This document shows, piece after piece, positions 11,848 through 23,501 of a DNA stretch of 64,000 nt. Below the pieces are notes generated by a model. That model made no database searches. It was not told the DNA's origin and was given only the letters and a program-made list of their open reading frames with translations. Numbering within the stretch: position 1 is the stretch's first letter; every line of letters starts with the position of its first letter. Both the position numbers and the translations under genes were made by a program. The stretch is from Phaeosaccion multiseriatum (lineage: Eukaryota; Protista; Ochrophyta, other classes): positions 5,952,001 through 6,016,000 of the forward strand of contig OZ218950.1 in NCBI GenBank assembly GCA_965112735.1, given 5' to 3'.

Positions 11848-13179
11848 ATGAGTGATACCTGCGGAGCGCGGGCCTTGAGTACTGTGGCCAGCCTTTTCCC
11901 GACACTCAAAGCTCTGTGGGGATTGTGCAAGGAGATGGACAAGCTCACGTGCCGCACTCTGGTCCTTAGGGCCGACATGCCTCGTGATGTCAAGAGGCGC
12001 ATGCTTAGAATGCTGAAGGAGCAGCAGCAGAAAGAGGAGGAGAAGCACCATACTGCATCTTCGTCTTCTTGGTCGGGGACTAGGTCTGCAGCTGCTGCAG
12101 ATCAGGATGCGCTCGAAAGGCGGGGGAAGCGGGCAAAGGGAAGGGCACGGCGCCAGCTGCCCGAGAGCTCACAGCGCAGAGAGACTGGGCCGGGAAAGGA
12201 GAGGCGCTCATTTTGCGTGACCGCCGTGCGTCTCGGCGCCCAGAATGGACGCGGCCGTTCTGCCCCTAAAAAGGCTCTCGTTGTCAAAGTGTTGTCCATC
12301 TTGCCACGGTCCGCGAAGCGTGTGCTCTTCTCTGACGCTTTCAATCAGTCTGATGTGATCCTGCCGAGCTCGCTGGAGGAGGTGACATTCGGGAAGGAGT
12401 TTAACAGACCCATCGCTTTCCCTCCCTCGCTGAGGAAGCTTACTTTTGCTGAGAAGTCGCGGTTCAATCAGCCTGATGTGTTGTTGCCGAGCTCGCTAGA
12501 GGAGTTGACATTCGGGAGGGACTTTAACAGACCCGTCGCTCTCCCTCCCTCGCTGAGGAAGCTTACTTTTGCTGAGAACTCGCAGTTCAATCAGCCTGAT
12601 GTGATCCTGCCGAGCTCGCTGGAGGAGGTGACACTCGGGTGGCGTTTTCACAGACCCATTGCGTTTCCTCCCTCGCTGAGGAAGCTTACTTTTGCGAAGG
12701 GCTCGCTGTTCAATCAGCCTGATGTGATCCTGCCGAGCTCGCTGGAGGAGGTGGAATTCGGGAGGGACTTTAACAGACCCGTCGCTTTCCCTCCCTCGCT
12801 GAGGAAGCTCACTTTCTGCTTGGGTTCGGCGTTCAATCAGCCTGATGTGATCCTGCCGAGCTCGCTGGACGAGGTGACATTCGGGAGGGACTTTAACAGA
12901 CCCGTCGCTTTCCCTCCCTCGCTGAGGAGGCTTACCTTCGGCAGGTATTCGGCGTTCAATCAGCAGTTGATGCTTCCTTGTGGTGTGGAGGAGGTGGTGA
13001 TGGGGCTCGGCTTTGGGCAGCCCTTGCAGCTCCCTGCGTCTCTGCGGAGGCTGACACTGGGTTGGGGGTACACCTGTCCATTGACGGACCTGCCTGCTGG
13101 CCTCCAGTATCTCAAGGTTAGCAGGTATCTCCCGCTGCCCGCAGATCTGCCGGAGGGGCTCCGTGTAGAGTACTTTTGA
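11848..13179 (+). CDS. FNIP-repeat protein A (5 units), intronless, F-box-like N-terminus
   Basis: ATG MSDTCG at 11848. Repeat FNQPDVILPSSLEEVTFGxxFNRPIAFPPSLRKLTFxxxSx, then a conserved C-terminal cap. Confidence 0.92.
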   Translation: MSDTCGARALSTVASLFPTLKALWGLCKEMDKLTCRTLVLRADMPRDVKRRMLRMLKEQQQKEEEKHHTASSSSWSGTRSAAAADQDALERRGKRAKGRARRQLPESSQRRETGPGKERRSFCVTAVRLGAQNGRGRSAPKKALVVKVLSILPRSAKRVLFSDAFNQSDVILPSSLEEVTFGKEFNRPIAFPPSLRKLTFAEKSRFNQPDVLLPSSLEELTFGRDFNRPVALPPSLRKLTFAENSQFNQPDVILPSSLEEVTLGWRFHRPIAFPPSLRKLTFAKGSLFNQPDVILPSSLEEVEFGRDFNRPVAFPPSLRKLTFCLGSAFNQPDVILPSSLDEVTFGRDFNRPVAFPPSLRRLTFGRYSAFNQQLMLPCGVEEVVMGLGFGQPLQLPASLRRLTLGWGYTCPLTDLPAGLQYLKVSRYLPLPADLPEGLRVEYF

Positions 13180-13675
13180 CACAGAAAGCTCTCCCGTTTT
13201 CCCGAGCCTTGCGAAGGAATCAGAAGCGGGGCAGAGTTGCGAAGGAATCAGACGCCCTCTGCAAGCCAGGAGGAGGAGAGGAGGCCCCATCCAGGTGTGT
13301 GCCAAGAGAGGCTGGTGTGCGGAGTGGCGGGGTCTGTGTAGGTGCAGTATAGGCAGGAGCTTGGGCTTGCACTCGCTCGCTGTGGGCGGTGGTGGTCAGC
13401 GGAGTCGGAGTCAGGCCTGCTATAAACCCCCTTCCTCTGAACTGACTCATTTCGCTGTTGCTATCCCTGCTTGCCTGCCGCTTAGGTGGGAAGAAAGCGA
13501 CCTGTCCGCCACCGGAGAAGAGGGCAGAAGGGGTCGAGACTCCGAAGAGGAGGAGCGGTAGGCGGAGGAAGTGTCGATCGCTTCGCGAGGAAGGAAGGGG
13601 TCAGGGAGGCAGGGAGGAAGGACAGAGAGGGAGGGAACGACAGTGGGGGGCGGTTCGGAGTCAGAGCAATGATGG

Positions 13676-13724
<49 letters not shown>

Positions 13725-13956
13725 ATGATGGCACGCCACTGAGATGGGAGGCAGGCACCGCTGAAGCCTAGGCACTGAGGAGAAGGAGGAGGAGGAGCAG
13801 AAGCGGTAGATGCAGCCCTCTACAGGTATGAGTCCCTGCTCTCTTTGTGTCTCTCTCTCGTCGCCGGCCCCTTTTGGCTCAGTTCGCTCACGGCAATCAC
13901 GCTCGTCATTGGAATGTCATGATTGGAAACACTCTTCCCTCCCCCCCTTATTTTTG

Positions 13957-15220
13957 GAACGACTCGCCCTTCTAGTGGAGGAGACGGCGAAGGCCCTAAT
14001 CGACGTGTCAAGGCTTGGTGTGGAGCCGCCAGACAAGGTCAGCGGTGTAGGCACGCGGGGCTGAGGGCAGGCGGGCGGGCACGGCCGGGTAGAGGTGTAT
14101 GGGGAGGGGAGGGCAGGGCAGGGCAGGGTAGAGGTGTATGGGCAGGGCAAGACAGGGTGGAGGTGTATGGGCAGGGCAAGACAGGGCAGAGGTGTATGGG
14201 CAGGGCAGAGTAGAGGTGTATGGGCGGGGCAGGGTAGAGGTGTATGGGCAGGGTAGAGGTGTATGGGCAGGGCAGGGTAGAGGTGTATGGGCAGAGCAGG
14301 CAGGGCTGCAGGGACTGGGTGCAGGGATATGAGCGGGGTGGGGGCGCCGAGGGAGATTTTCGAGCCAGGCTTTTGTTCGATATCCTCTGCCCCACTCAAA
14401 CCCACCTACCCTTCTGCCCCACCCCAACCCACCCACCCGCCCACCCATTGACATACTTCACCCACCCACCCACCCCCCTTGCCTCAGATGGAGATCCTTG
14501 CCCAGCGGGAGAAGCTGCTGAGGCAGTGCGACGGCTTCAAGACGCACGCCGCCCACCTGGAGCAGTTCTTCAACCCACACATGCCCCCCAGTGACGGTGC
14601 GTGGCGGGTTGCTGTGCTTCTTTTCTCTGTTTGGCGCGTTGGTTCGGTGATTAGTTCATTGATTTGAGTTTCCAGCGTCTGTCCCTGCTGGATCGGCAGG
14701 AGGGGGTCGCCACCCCTCACGCCGTCTTTGGCATAGTTGGGAGGATGGGAGGGCAGCAGAGGGGAGAGCTCCGTCTCGGTTTGAGTTTCCGCTTTCTCGT
14801 CCTTGACAGCCCTCTCTTGAAGCTGGGGAGGGGGAGTGCTTCCTGAGGTTCGGTGAAGCGCGACGTGAGAAGGCGTAGAAGTGTTTTTCGTTTGTCGGTT
14901 CATGCCTTACTTCCCTGCTGCTATCCTGTATATTCTTCTAACAAATCCCCCCCTCCCCTCCCCTCCCCTCTTTGGGTGCTGGGTGAAAATGAACCCCTTT
15001 CCACAATTCCCTCCTCCCTCCAAACCCAAAAGACTGTGTGGGCAACGTAGACGGGCTGCTGGAGACCCTGTCCAGAGGGCCGGCCATCCCCCTGTCTGGA
15101 CAGGAGCAGTCCATGGAGCGGTGGGGCTTGGGCGTCATTGACCATCTGCGGGGAGCGGCAAGGATCGAGGAGGAGCAGGGCGGAGTAGGGATTGTATGTC
15201 ACATGCAGCAAATCCAGTGA
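13957..15220 (+). pseudogene. Orphan copy of PX gene exons 4-6
   Basis: Near-identical to 10070-11333 but lacks exons 1-3. The exon-4 acceptor AG is mutated (TTTTTG|GAAC). Confidence 0.8.
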
Positions 15221-15618
15221 GTGAGTGAGTGAGTGAGTGAGTGAGTGAGTGAGTGAGTGAGTGAGTGAGTGAGTGACCAGGGGGAGCGAGCGAACGAGCA
15301 AGCTACAAGCCTCGGTGCAGTTTTGATTGTGTTCTTCTTCATTAAAATTAAAATACATTTGATCTCTCATTTGCTTCCGGGGGCTCAGGCGTGAGAGTAA
15401 GGGAGCAGGAGGCGGGGGGGAGAAGAAGGGGGCCAACGCCAAGCAGCAACGCGCACTTGGCTCCCCAAGCGGGAAATCCAATCTTTGAGGGTTGGTGCAC
15501 CGCGCTGGCTCACAGGTTTCTTGGGTGATGTCTAATAAGTCAATAAATACTCCTCCGGCTTGGTTCCTCTCCACTTTCTCTGCTTTATCATTTCGAGACT
15601 CATCATCCTTGGAGAAGC

Positions 15619-18060
15619 ATGAGTGATACCTGCGGAGCGCGGGCCTTGAGTACTGTGGCCAGCCTTTTCCCGACACACATGGCCCTGTGGGGAGTGTGCA
15701 AGGAGGTGGACAAGCTCACGTGCCGCACTCTGGTCCTTAGGGCCGACATGCCTGGTGATGTCAAGAGGCGCATGCTTAGCATGCTGGAGGAGCAGCAGCA
15801 GAAAGACGAGGAGAAGCACCATATTGCATCTTCATCTTCTTGGTCGGGGACTAGGCCTGCTGCTGCCGCAGATCAGGATGCGCTCGAAAGGGGGGGGAAG
15901 CGGGCAAAGGGAAGGGCACAGCGCGAGCTGCCCGAGAGCTCACAGCGCGATGAGACTGGGCCGGGAAAGGAGAGGCGCTCATTTTGCGTGACCGCCGTGC
16001 GTCTCGGCGCCCAGAATGGACGCGGCCCTCCTGCCCCTGAAGAGGCTCTCGTTGTCAAAGTGTTGTCCATGTTGCCACGGTCGGTGAAGGGTGTGCTCTT
16101 CTCTGAGGCTTTCAATCAGTCTGATGTGTTGTTGCCGAGCTCGCTGGAGGAGGTGACATTCGGGAAGCGTTTTAACAGACCCATTGCTTTCCCTCCCTCG
16201 CTGAGGAAGCTTACTTTTGCTGAGAACTCGCGGTTCAATCAGCCTGATGTGTTGTTGCCGAGCTCGCTGGAGGAGATGACATTCGGGAAGGACTTTAACA
16301 GACCCATCGCTTTTCCTCCCTCGCTGAGGAAGCTTACTTTTGCTGAGAACTCGCTGTTCAATCAGCCTGATGTGTTGCTGCCGAGCTCGCTAGAGGAGGT
16401 GACGTTCGGGAGGTACTTTGACAGACCCATCGCGTTCCCTCCCTCGCTGAGGAAGCTTACTTTCTCCAATCTCTCGCGGTTCCATCAGCCTGATGTGTTG
16501 TTGCCGAGCTCGCTGGAGGAGGTGTCATTCGGGGAGTACTTTAACAGACCCATCGCTTTCCCTCCCTCGCTGAGGAAGCTTACTTTTGATGTGTACTCGG
16601 AGTTCAATCAGCCTGATGTGTTGTTGCCTAGCTCGCTGGAGGAGATGACATTCGGGAAGGACTTTAACAGACCCATCGCTTTCCCTCCCTCGCTGAGGAA
16701 GCTTACTTTTGATGCGGCGTTCAATCAGCCTGATGTGATCCTGCCGAGCGCGCTGGAGGAGGTGACATTCGGGAGGCACTTTAAGAGACCCATCGCTTTC
16801 CCTCCCTCGTTGAGGAAGCTTACTTTTGCTGGGGATTATTCGCAGTTCAATCAGCCTGATGTGATCCTGCCGAGCTCGCTGGAGGAGGTGACTTTCGGGG
16901 AGCGCTTTAACAGACCCATCGCTTTCCCTCCCTCGCTGAGGAAGCTTACTTTCCACTGGAATTCGAAGTTCAACCAGCCTGATGTGATCCTGCCGAGCTC
17001 GCTGGAGGAGGTGACATTCGGGAAGGACTTTAACAGACCCATCGCTTTCCCTCCCTCGCTGAGGAAGCTTACTTTTGATTCACAATCGTGGTTCAATCAG
17101 CCTGATGTGATCCTGCCGAGCTCGCTGGAGGAGGTGACGTTCGGGGAGTACTTTAACGGACCCATTGCTTTCCCCCCCTCGCTGAGGAAGCTTATTTTCC
17201 ACTGGGGTTCGCCGTTCAATCAGCCTGATGTGTTGTTGCCGAGCTCGCTGGAGGAGGTGACATTCGGGAGTGACTTGAACAGAGCCATCGCTTTCCCTCC
17301 CTCGCTGAGGAAGCTTACTTTTGCTGGGGATTATTCGCAGTTCAATCAGCCTGATGTGATCCTGCCGAGCTCGCTGGAGGAGGTGTCTTTCGGGGAGCGC
17401 TTTAGCAGACCCATCGCTTTCCCTCCCTCGCTGAGGAAGCTTACTTTCCACTGGAATTCGAAGTTCAACCAGCCTGATGTGATCCTGCCGAGCTCGCTGG
17501 AGGAGGTGACATTCGGGAGGCACTTTAACAGACCCATCGCTTTCCCTCCCTCGCTGAGGAAGCTTACTTTTGCTGGGGATTATTCGCAGTTCAACCAGCC
17601 TGATGTGATCCTGCCGAGCTCGCTGGAGGAGGTGACTTTCGGGGAGCGCTTTAGCAGACCCATCGCTTTCCCTCCCTCGCTGAGGAAGCTTACTTTCCAC
17701 TGGAATTCGAAGTTCAACCAGCCTGATGTGATCCTGCCGAGCTCGCTGGAGGAGGTGACATTCGGGAAGTACTTTAACAGACCCATCGCTTTCCCTCCCT
17801 CGCTGAGGAAGCTTACTTTTGATGGGTACTCGGCGTTCAATCAGCAGTTGATTCTTCCTTGTGGTGTGGAGGAGGTGGTGATGGGGCCCGACTTTAATCA
17901 TCCCTTGCAGCTCCCTGCGTCTCTGCGGAGGCTGACGCTGGGATTTAGATACACCTGTCCATTGACGGACCTGCCTGCTGGCCTCCAGTATCTCAAGGTT
18001 GAGAGGCAGTGCCCGCTGCCCGCAGATCTGCCCGAGGGGCTCAGGGTGGAGTACTTGTGA
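15619..18060 (+). CDS. FNIP-repeat protein B (14 units), intronless
   Basis: 813-aa ORF with the same N-terminus, framework and cap. Internal triplication of the AGDYSQ/ER/HWNSK block. Confidence 0.93.
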   Translation: MSDTCGARALSTVASLFPTHMALWGVCKEVDKLTCRTLVLRADMPGDVKRRMLSMLEEQQQKDEEKHHIASSSSWSGTRPAAAADQDALERGGKRAKGRAQRELPESSQRDETGPGKERRSFCVTAVRLGAQNGRGPPAPEEALVVKVLSMLPRSVKGVLFSEAFNQSDVLLPSSLEEVTFGKRFNRPIAFPPSLRKLTFAENSRFNQPDVLLPSSLEEMTFGKDFNRPIAFPPSLRKLTFAENSLFNQPDVLLPSSLEEVTFGRYFDRPIAFPPSLRKLTFSNLSRFHQPDVLLPSSLEEVSFGEYFNRPIAFPPSLRKLTFDVYSEFNQPDVLLPSSLEEMTFGKDFNRPIAFPPSLRKLTFDAAFNQPDVILPSALEEVTFGRHFKRPIAFPPSLRKLTFAGDYSQFNQPDVILPSSLEEVTFGERFNRPIAFPPSLRKLTFHWNSKFNQPDVILPSSLEEVTFGKDFNRPIAFPPSLRKLTFDSQSWFNQPDVILPSSLEEVTFGEYFNGPIAFPPSLRKLIFHWGSPFNQPDVLLPSSLEEVTFGSDLNRAIAFPPSLRKLTFAGDYSQFNQPDVILPSSLEEVSFGERFSRPIAFPPSLRKLTFHWNSKFNQPDVILPSSLEEVTFGRHFNRPIAFPPSLRKLTFAGDYSQFNQPDVILPSSLEEVTFGERFSRPIAFPPSLRKLTFHWNSKFNQPDVILPSSLEEVTFGKYFNRPIAFPPSLRKLTFDGYSAFNQQLILPCGVEEVVMGPDFNHPLQLPASLRRLTLGFRYTCPLTDLPAGLQYLKVERQCPLPADLPEGLRVEYL

Positions 18061-18575
18061 CACAGAAGCTCTCCCGTTTTCCCGAGCCTTGCGAAGGAAT
18101 CAGAAGCGGGGCAGAGTTGCGAAGGAATCAGACGCCCTCTGCAAGCCAGGAGAAGGAGAGGAGGCCCCATCCAGGTGTGTGCCAAGAGAGGCTGGTGTGC
18201 GGAGTGGCGGGGTCTGTGTAGGTACAGTGTAGGCAGGAGCTTGGGCTTGCACTCACTCGCTGTGGGCGGTGGTGGTCAGCGGAGTCGGAGTCAGGCCTGC
18301 TGAATGCAACCCCCTTCCTCTGAACTGACTAATTTCGCTGTTGCTCTCCCTGCTTGCCTGCCGTTTAGGTGGGAGGAAAGCGGCCTGTCTACCACGGGAG
18401 AAGAGGGCAGAAGGGGTCGAGACTCCAAAGAGGAGGAGCGGTAGGTGGAGGAAGTGTCGACGCTTCGCCGGGAAGGAAGGGGGCAGGGAGGCAGGGAGGA
18501 AGGACAGAAGGAAGGAAGGAAGGAAGGAAGGAAGGAAGGAGGGAACGAGAGGGGCGGCGGTTCTGAGTCAGGGCA

Positions 18576-18626
<51 letters not shown>

Positions 18627-18848
18627 ATGGCACGCCACTGAGACGGGAGCAGGCGCCGCCGAAGCTTAGGCAATGAGGAGAAGGAGGAGCAGAAGCGGTA
18701 GATGCAGCCCGCTACAGGTATGAGTCCCTGCTCTCTTTGTGTCTCTCTCTCGTCGCCGGCCACTTTTGGCTCAGTTCGCTCACGGCAATCACGCTCGTCA
18801 TTGGAATGTCATGATTGGAAACGCTCTTCCCCCCCCCCCCTATTTTAG

Positions 18849-20034
18849 GAACGACTCGCCCTTCTAGTGGAGGAGACGGCGAAGGCCCTAATCGACGTGT
18901 CAAGGCTTGGTGTGGAGCCGCCAGACAAGGTCAGCGGTGTAGACACGCGGGGCTGAGGGCAGGCGGGCGGTCGCGACAGGGTAGAGGTGTATGGGGAGGG
19001 CAGGGTAGAGGTGTATGGGCAGGGCAGGGTGGAGGTGTATGGGCAGAGCAGAGCAGAGCAGAGGTGTATGGGCAGGGAAGGGTAGAGGTGTATGGGCAGA
19101 GCAGGGCAGGGTGGAGGTGTAGGGATATGGGCGGGGTGGGGGCGCCGAGGGAGATTTTCGAGCCATTCTTTTGTTCGATATCCTCTGCCCCACTCAAACC
19201 CACCTACCCTTCTGCCCCACCCCAACCCACCCACCCGCCCACCCATTGACATACTTCACCCACCCACCCACCCACCCACCCACCCACCCCCCTTGCCTCA
19301 GATGGAGATCCTTGCCCAGCGGGAGAAGCTGCTGAGGCAGTGCGACGGTTTCAAGACGCACGCCGCCCACCTGGAGCAGTTCTTCAACCCACACATGCCC
19401 CCCAGTGACGGTGCGTGGCGGGTTGCTGTGCTTCGCTTCTCTGTTTAGCGCGTTGGTTCGGTGATTGGTTCATTGATTTGAGTTTCCAGCGTCTGTCCCT
19501 GCTTGATCGGCAGGAGGGGGTCGCCGCCCCTCACGCCGTCTTTGGCATAGTTGGGAGAATGGGAGGGCAGCAGAGGGGAGAGCCCCGTCTCGGTTTGAGT
19601 TTCCGCTTTCTCGTCCTTGACAGCCCTCTCTTGAAGCTGGGGAGGGGGAGTGCTTCCTGAGGTTCGGTGAAGCGCGACGCGAGAAGGCGTAGAAGTGTTT
19701 TTCGTTTGTCGGCTCATGCCTTACTTCCCTGCTGCTATCCTGTATATTCTTCTAACACATCCCCCCCTCCCCTCCCCTCCTCTCTTTGGGTGTTGCGTGA
19801 AAATGAACCCCTTTCCACAATTCCCTCCTCCCTCCAAACCCAAAAGACTGTGTGGGCAACGTAGACGGGCTGCTGGAGACCCTGTCCAGAGGGCCGGCCA
19901 TCCCCCTGTCTGGACAGGAGCAGTCCATGGAGCGGTGGGGCTTGGGCGTCATTGACCATCTGCGGGGAGCGGCAAGGATCGAGGAGGAGCAGGGCGGAGT
20001 AGGGATTGTATGTCACATGCAGCAAATCCAGTGA
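18849..20034 (+). pseudogene. Orphan copy of PX gene exons 4-6
   Basis: Near-identical to 10070-11333, with no upstream PX exons. Confidence 0.8.
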
Positions 20035-20315
20035 GTGAGTGAGTGAGTGAGTGAGTGAGTGAGTGAGTGAGTGAGTGAGTGAGTGACCAGGGGGAGCGAG
20101 CGAACGAGCAAGCTACAGGCCTCGGTGCAGGTTTGATTGTGTTCTTCTTCATTAAAATTAAAATACATTTGATCTCTCATTTGCTTCCGGGGGCTCAGGC
20201 GTGAGAGTAAGGGAGCAGGAGGCGGGGGCGAGAAGAAGGGGGCCAACGCCAAGCAGCAACGCGCACTTGCCCCCCCACGCGGGACATCCAATCTTTGGTT
20301 TTTTTCATTTAGGTG

Positions 20316-20356
20316 ATTACTTTTAGACAATCATAGATGGCCACTTAAAGGTGTAT
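20316..20356 (+). mobile_element. ~40-bp 3'-terminal fragment of the CRE-like retrotransposon
   Basis: ATTACTTTTAGACAATCATAGATGGCCACTTAAAGGTGTA matches the 3' UTR at 8567-8605. Inserted between GGTGAT and GTCTATTAAG of the FNIP upstream region. Confidence 0.78.
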
Positions 20357-20452
20357 TGGTGTCTATTAAGTAAAAAAATACTCCTCCGGCTTGGTTCCTC
20401 TCCACTTTCTTTGCTTTATCATTACATCGAGACTCATCATCCTTGGAGAAGC

Positions 20453-22525
20453 ATGAGTGATACCTGCGGAGCGCGGGCCTTGAGTACTGTGGCCAGTCTT
20501 TTCCCGACACACAAGGCCCTGTGGGGAGTGTGCAAGGAGGTGGACAAGCTCACGTGCCGCACTCTGGTCCTTAGCGCCGACATGCCTGGTGATGTCAAGA
20601 GGCGCATGCTTAGCATGCTGGAGGAGCAGCAGCAGAAAGACGAGGAGAAGCACCATACTGCATCTTCATCTTCTTGGTCGGGGACTAGGCCTGCTGCTGC
20701 CGCAGATCAGGATGCGCTCGAAAGGGGGGGGAAGCGGGCAAAGGGAAGAGCACAGCGCCAGCTGCCCGAGAGCTCACAGCGCGATGAGACTGGGCCGGGG
20801 AATGAGAGGCGCTCATTTTGCGTGATCGCCGTGCGTCTCGGCGCCCAGAGTGGACGCGGCCCTCCTGCCCCTGAAGAGGCTCTCGTTGTCAACGTGTTGT
20901 CCATGTTGCCACGGTCGGTGAAGGGTGTGCTCTTCTCTGAGGCTTTCAATCAGTCTGATGTGTTATTGCCGAGCTCGCTGGAGGAGGTGACATTCGGGAG
21001 GGACTTTGACAGACCCATTGCTTTCCCTCCCTCGCTGAGGAAGCTTACTTTTGCCGAGGACTCGCTGTTCAATCAGCCTGATGTGTTGTTGCCGAGCTCG
21101 CTGGAGGAGGTGACATTCGGGAGGTACTTTGACAGATCCATCGCTTTTCCTCCCTTGCTGAGGAAGCTTACTTTCAGCTCGTTTTCGGCGTTCAATCAGC
21201 CTAGTGTGATCCTGCCGAGCTCGCTGGAGGAGGTGACATTCGGGAGGTACTTTAACAGACCCATCACTTTCCCTCCCTCGCTGAGGAAGCTCACTTTCCT
21301 CTCTACCTCACAGTTCAATCAGCCTGATGTGTTGTTGCCGAGCTCGCTGGAGGAGGTGAAATTCTGGTGTCATTTCAACAGACCCATCGCTTTCCCTCCC
21401 TCGCTGAGGAAGCTTATTTTCCACTGGGATTCGGCGTTCAATCAGCCTGATGTGTTGTTGCCGAGCTCGCTGGAGGAGGTGACATTCGGGAGGTTCTTTG
21501 ACAGACCCATCGCTTTCCCTCCCTCGCTGAGGAAGCTTACTTTCTTCTCTACCTCAGTGTTCAATCAGCCTGATGTGATCCTGCCGAGCTCGCTGGAGAA
21601 GGTGACATTCGGGAGGGACTTTGACAGACCGATCGCTTTCCCTCCCTCGCTGAGGAAGCTTACTTTCTACTTCAATTCGGCGTTCAATCAGCCTGATGTG
21701 ATCCTGCCGAGCGCGCTGGAGGAGGTGACATTCGGGAAGGACTTTAACAGACCCATCGCTTTCCCTCCATCTCTGAGGAAGCTTACTTTCTCCGATATCT
21801 CGCGGTTCAATCAGCCTGACGTGTTGTTGCCGAGCTCGCTGGAGGAGGTGACGTTCGGGCAGTACTTTAACAGACCCGTCGCTTTCCCTCCCTCGCTGAG
21901 GAAGCTTACTTTCAGCTTGTTTTCGGTGTTCAATCAGTCTGATGTGATCCTGCCGAGCTCGCTGGAGGAGGTGACATTCGGGAGGGCCTTTGACAGACCC
22001 ATCGCTTTCCCTCCCTCGCTGAGGAAGCTTAGTTTCTCCTATCCCTCGCAGTTCAATCAGCCTGATGTGATCCTGCCGAGCTCGCTGGAGGAGGTGACAT
22101 TCGGGAGGTACTTTAACAGACCCGTCGCTTTCCCTCCCTCGCTGAGGAAGCTCACTTTCTGCTTGGGTTCGGCGTTCAATCAGCCTGACGTGTTGTTGCC
22201 GAGCTCGCTGGAGGAGGTGACATTCGGGAGGGACTTTAACAGACCCGTCGCTTTCCCTCCCTCGCTGAGGAGGCTTACCTTCGGCAGGTATTCGGCGTTC
22301 AATCAGCAGTTGATTCTTCCTTGTGGTGTGGAGGAGGTGGTGATGGGGCCCGGCTTTGAGCAGCCCTTGCAGCTCCCTGCGTCTCTGCGGAGACTGACGC
22401 TGGGAAAGAGGTACACCTGTCCATTGACGGACCTACCTGCTGGCCTCCAGTATCTCAAGGTTGAGAGGCAGTGCCCGCTGCCCGCAGATCTGCCCGAGGG
22501 GCTCAGGGTGGAGTACTATTCTTGA
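20453..22525 (+). CDS. FNIP-repeat protein C (11 units), intronless
   Basis: ATG at 20453 (conserved MSDTCG), 690 aa. Confidence 0.93.
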   Translation: MSDTCGARALSTVASLFPTHKALWGVCKEVDKLTCRTLVLSADMPGDVKRRMLSMLEEQQQKDEEKHHTASSSSWSGTRPAAAADQDALERGGKRAKGRAQRQLPESSQRDETGPGNERRSFCVIAVRLGAQSGRGPPAPEEALVVNVLSMLPRSVKGVLFSEAFNQSDVLLPSSLEEVTFGRDFDRPIAFPPSLRKLTFAEDSLFNQPDVLLPSSLEEVTFGRYFDRSIAFPPLLRKLTFSSFSAFNQPSVILPSSLEEVTFGRYFNRPITFPPSLRKLTFLSTSQFNQPDVLLPSSLEEVKFWCHFNRPIAFPPSLRKLIFHWDSAFNQPDVLLPSSLEEVTFGRFFDRPIAFPPSLRKLTFFSTSVFNQPDVILPSSLEKVTFGRDFDRPIAFPPSLRKLTFYFNSAFNQPDVILPSALEEVTFGKDFNRPIAFPPSLRKLTFSDISRFNQPDVLLPSSLEEVTFGQYFNRPVAFPPSLRKLTFSLFSVFNQSDVILPSSLEEVTFGRAFDRPIAFPPSLRKLSFSYPSQFNQPDVILPSSLEEVTFGRYFNRPVAFPPSLRKLTFCLGSAFNQPDVLLPSSLEEVTFGRDFNRPVAFPPSLRRLTFGRYSAFNQQLILPCGVEEVVMGPGFEQPLQLPASLRRLTLGKRYTCPLTDLPAGLQYLKVERQCPLPADLPEGLRVEYYS

Positions 22526-23501
22526 CACACAAGCTCTCCCGTTTTCCCGCGCCTTGCGAAGCAATCAGAAGCGGGGCAGAGTTGCGAAGGAATCAGACGC
22601 CCTCTGCAAGCCAGGAGGAGGAGAGGAGGCCCCATCCAGGTGTGTGCCAAGAGAGGCTGGTGTGCGGAGTGGTGGGGTCTGTGTAGGTGCAGTGTAGGCA
22701 GGAGCGTGGGCTTGCACTCACTCGCTGTGGGCGGTGGTGGTCAGCGGAGTCGGAGTCAGGCCTGCTGAATGCAACCCCCTTCCTCTGAACTGACTCATTT
22801 CGCTGTTGCTCTCCCTGCTTGCCTGCCGGTTAGGTGGGAAGAAAGCGACCTGTCCGCCACCGGAGAAGAGGGCAGAAGGGGCCGAGACTCCGAAGAGGAG
22901 GAGCGGTAGGCGGAGGAAGTGCCGATCGCTTCGCGAGGAAGGAAGGGGTCAGGGAGGCAGGGAGGAAGGAGGGAACGACAGTGGGGGCGGTTCGGAGTCA
23001 GAGCAATGATAATGACATCCATCGGGCTTAATTGACATACAAGGGCATTTTACAACCCACACAACTGGGCTGGGCCGGCCCCTGCTGTGCGTGCACCCTT
23101 TCACCACTCGTACGATGCAGAGAAGAAGAGGAGTCGCCACCGCAGCAAGAGTAAGAGGAGGCTGCGCTTGCCATCACAGTACGTTAGTTTGGTTGGTTTC
23201 AGTAGTCAAGTTTTTTTTTTTTTTAAATTAGTAATTTGTACTGTACACTCTACACGCCTCCTTCCCCTCTCAACACTATGGCACACAATACGAGCCGCAC
23301 TTAGAAGCCCCAGACGACACCTGTCCGTGGGGCCCCGTGAGTATACCGCACATTGTTTCGACTCTAGCCTCCTCTCTTCCCCTTACCCCCCCCCCCGCGT
23401 CCCTCCAGTGGGGTAAACGCACTGGCAAGAGGGCTGATCCCTCCATCCCCACTCTCGCACCCCGGCCCTTGGGGTCCCCAACCCGGCACATGGCGAGCTT
23501 A

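Larger units (their letters stand above)
9972..23012 (+). repeat. Tandem segmental duplication, units 1-3 (PX 3' exons + FNIP gene + 3' flank)
   Basis: Near-identical blocks ~9972-13845, ~13846-18738 and ~18739-23012. The third ends at the (GAT)n tract. Confidence 0.93.
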
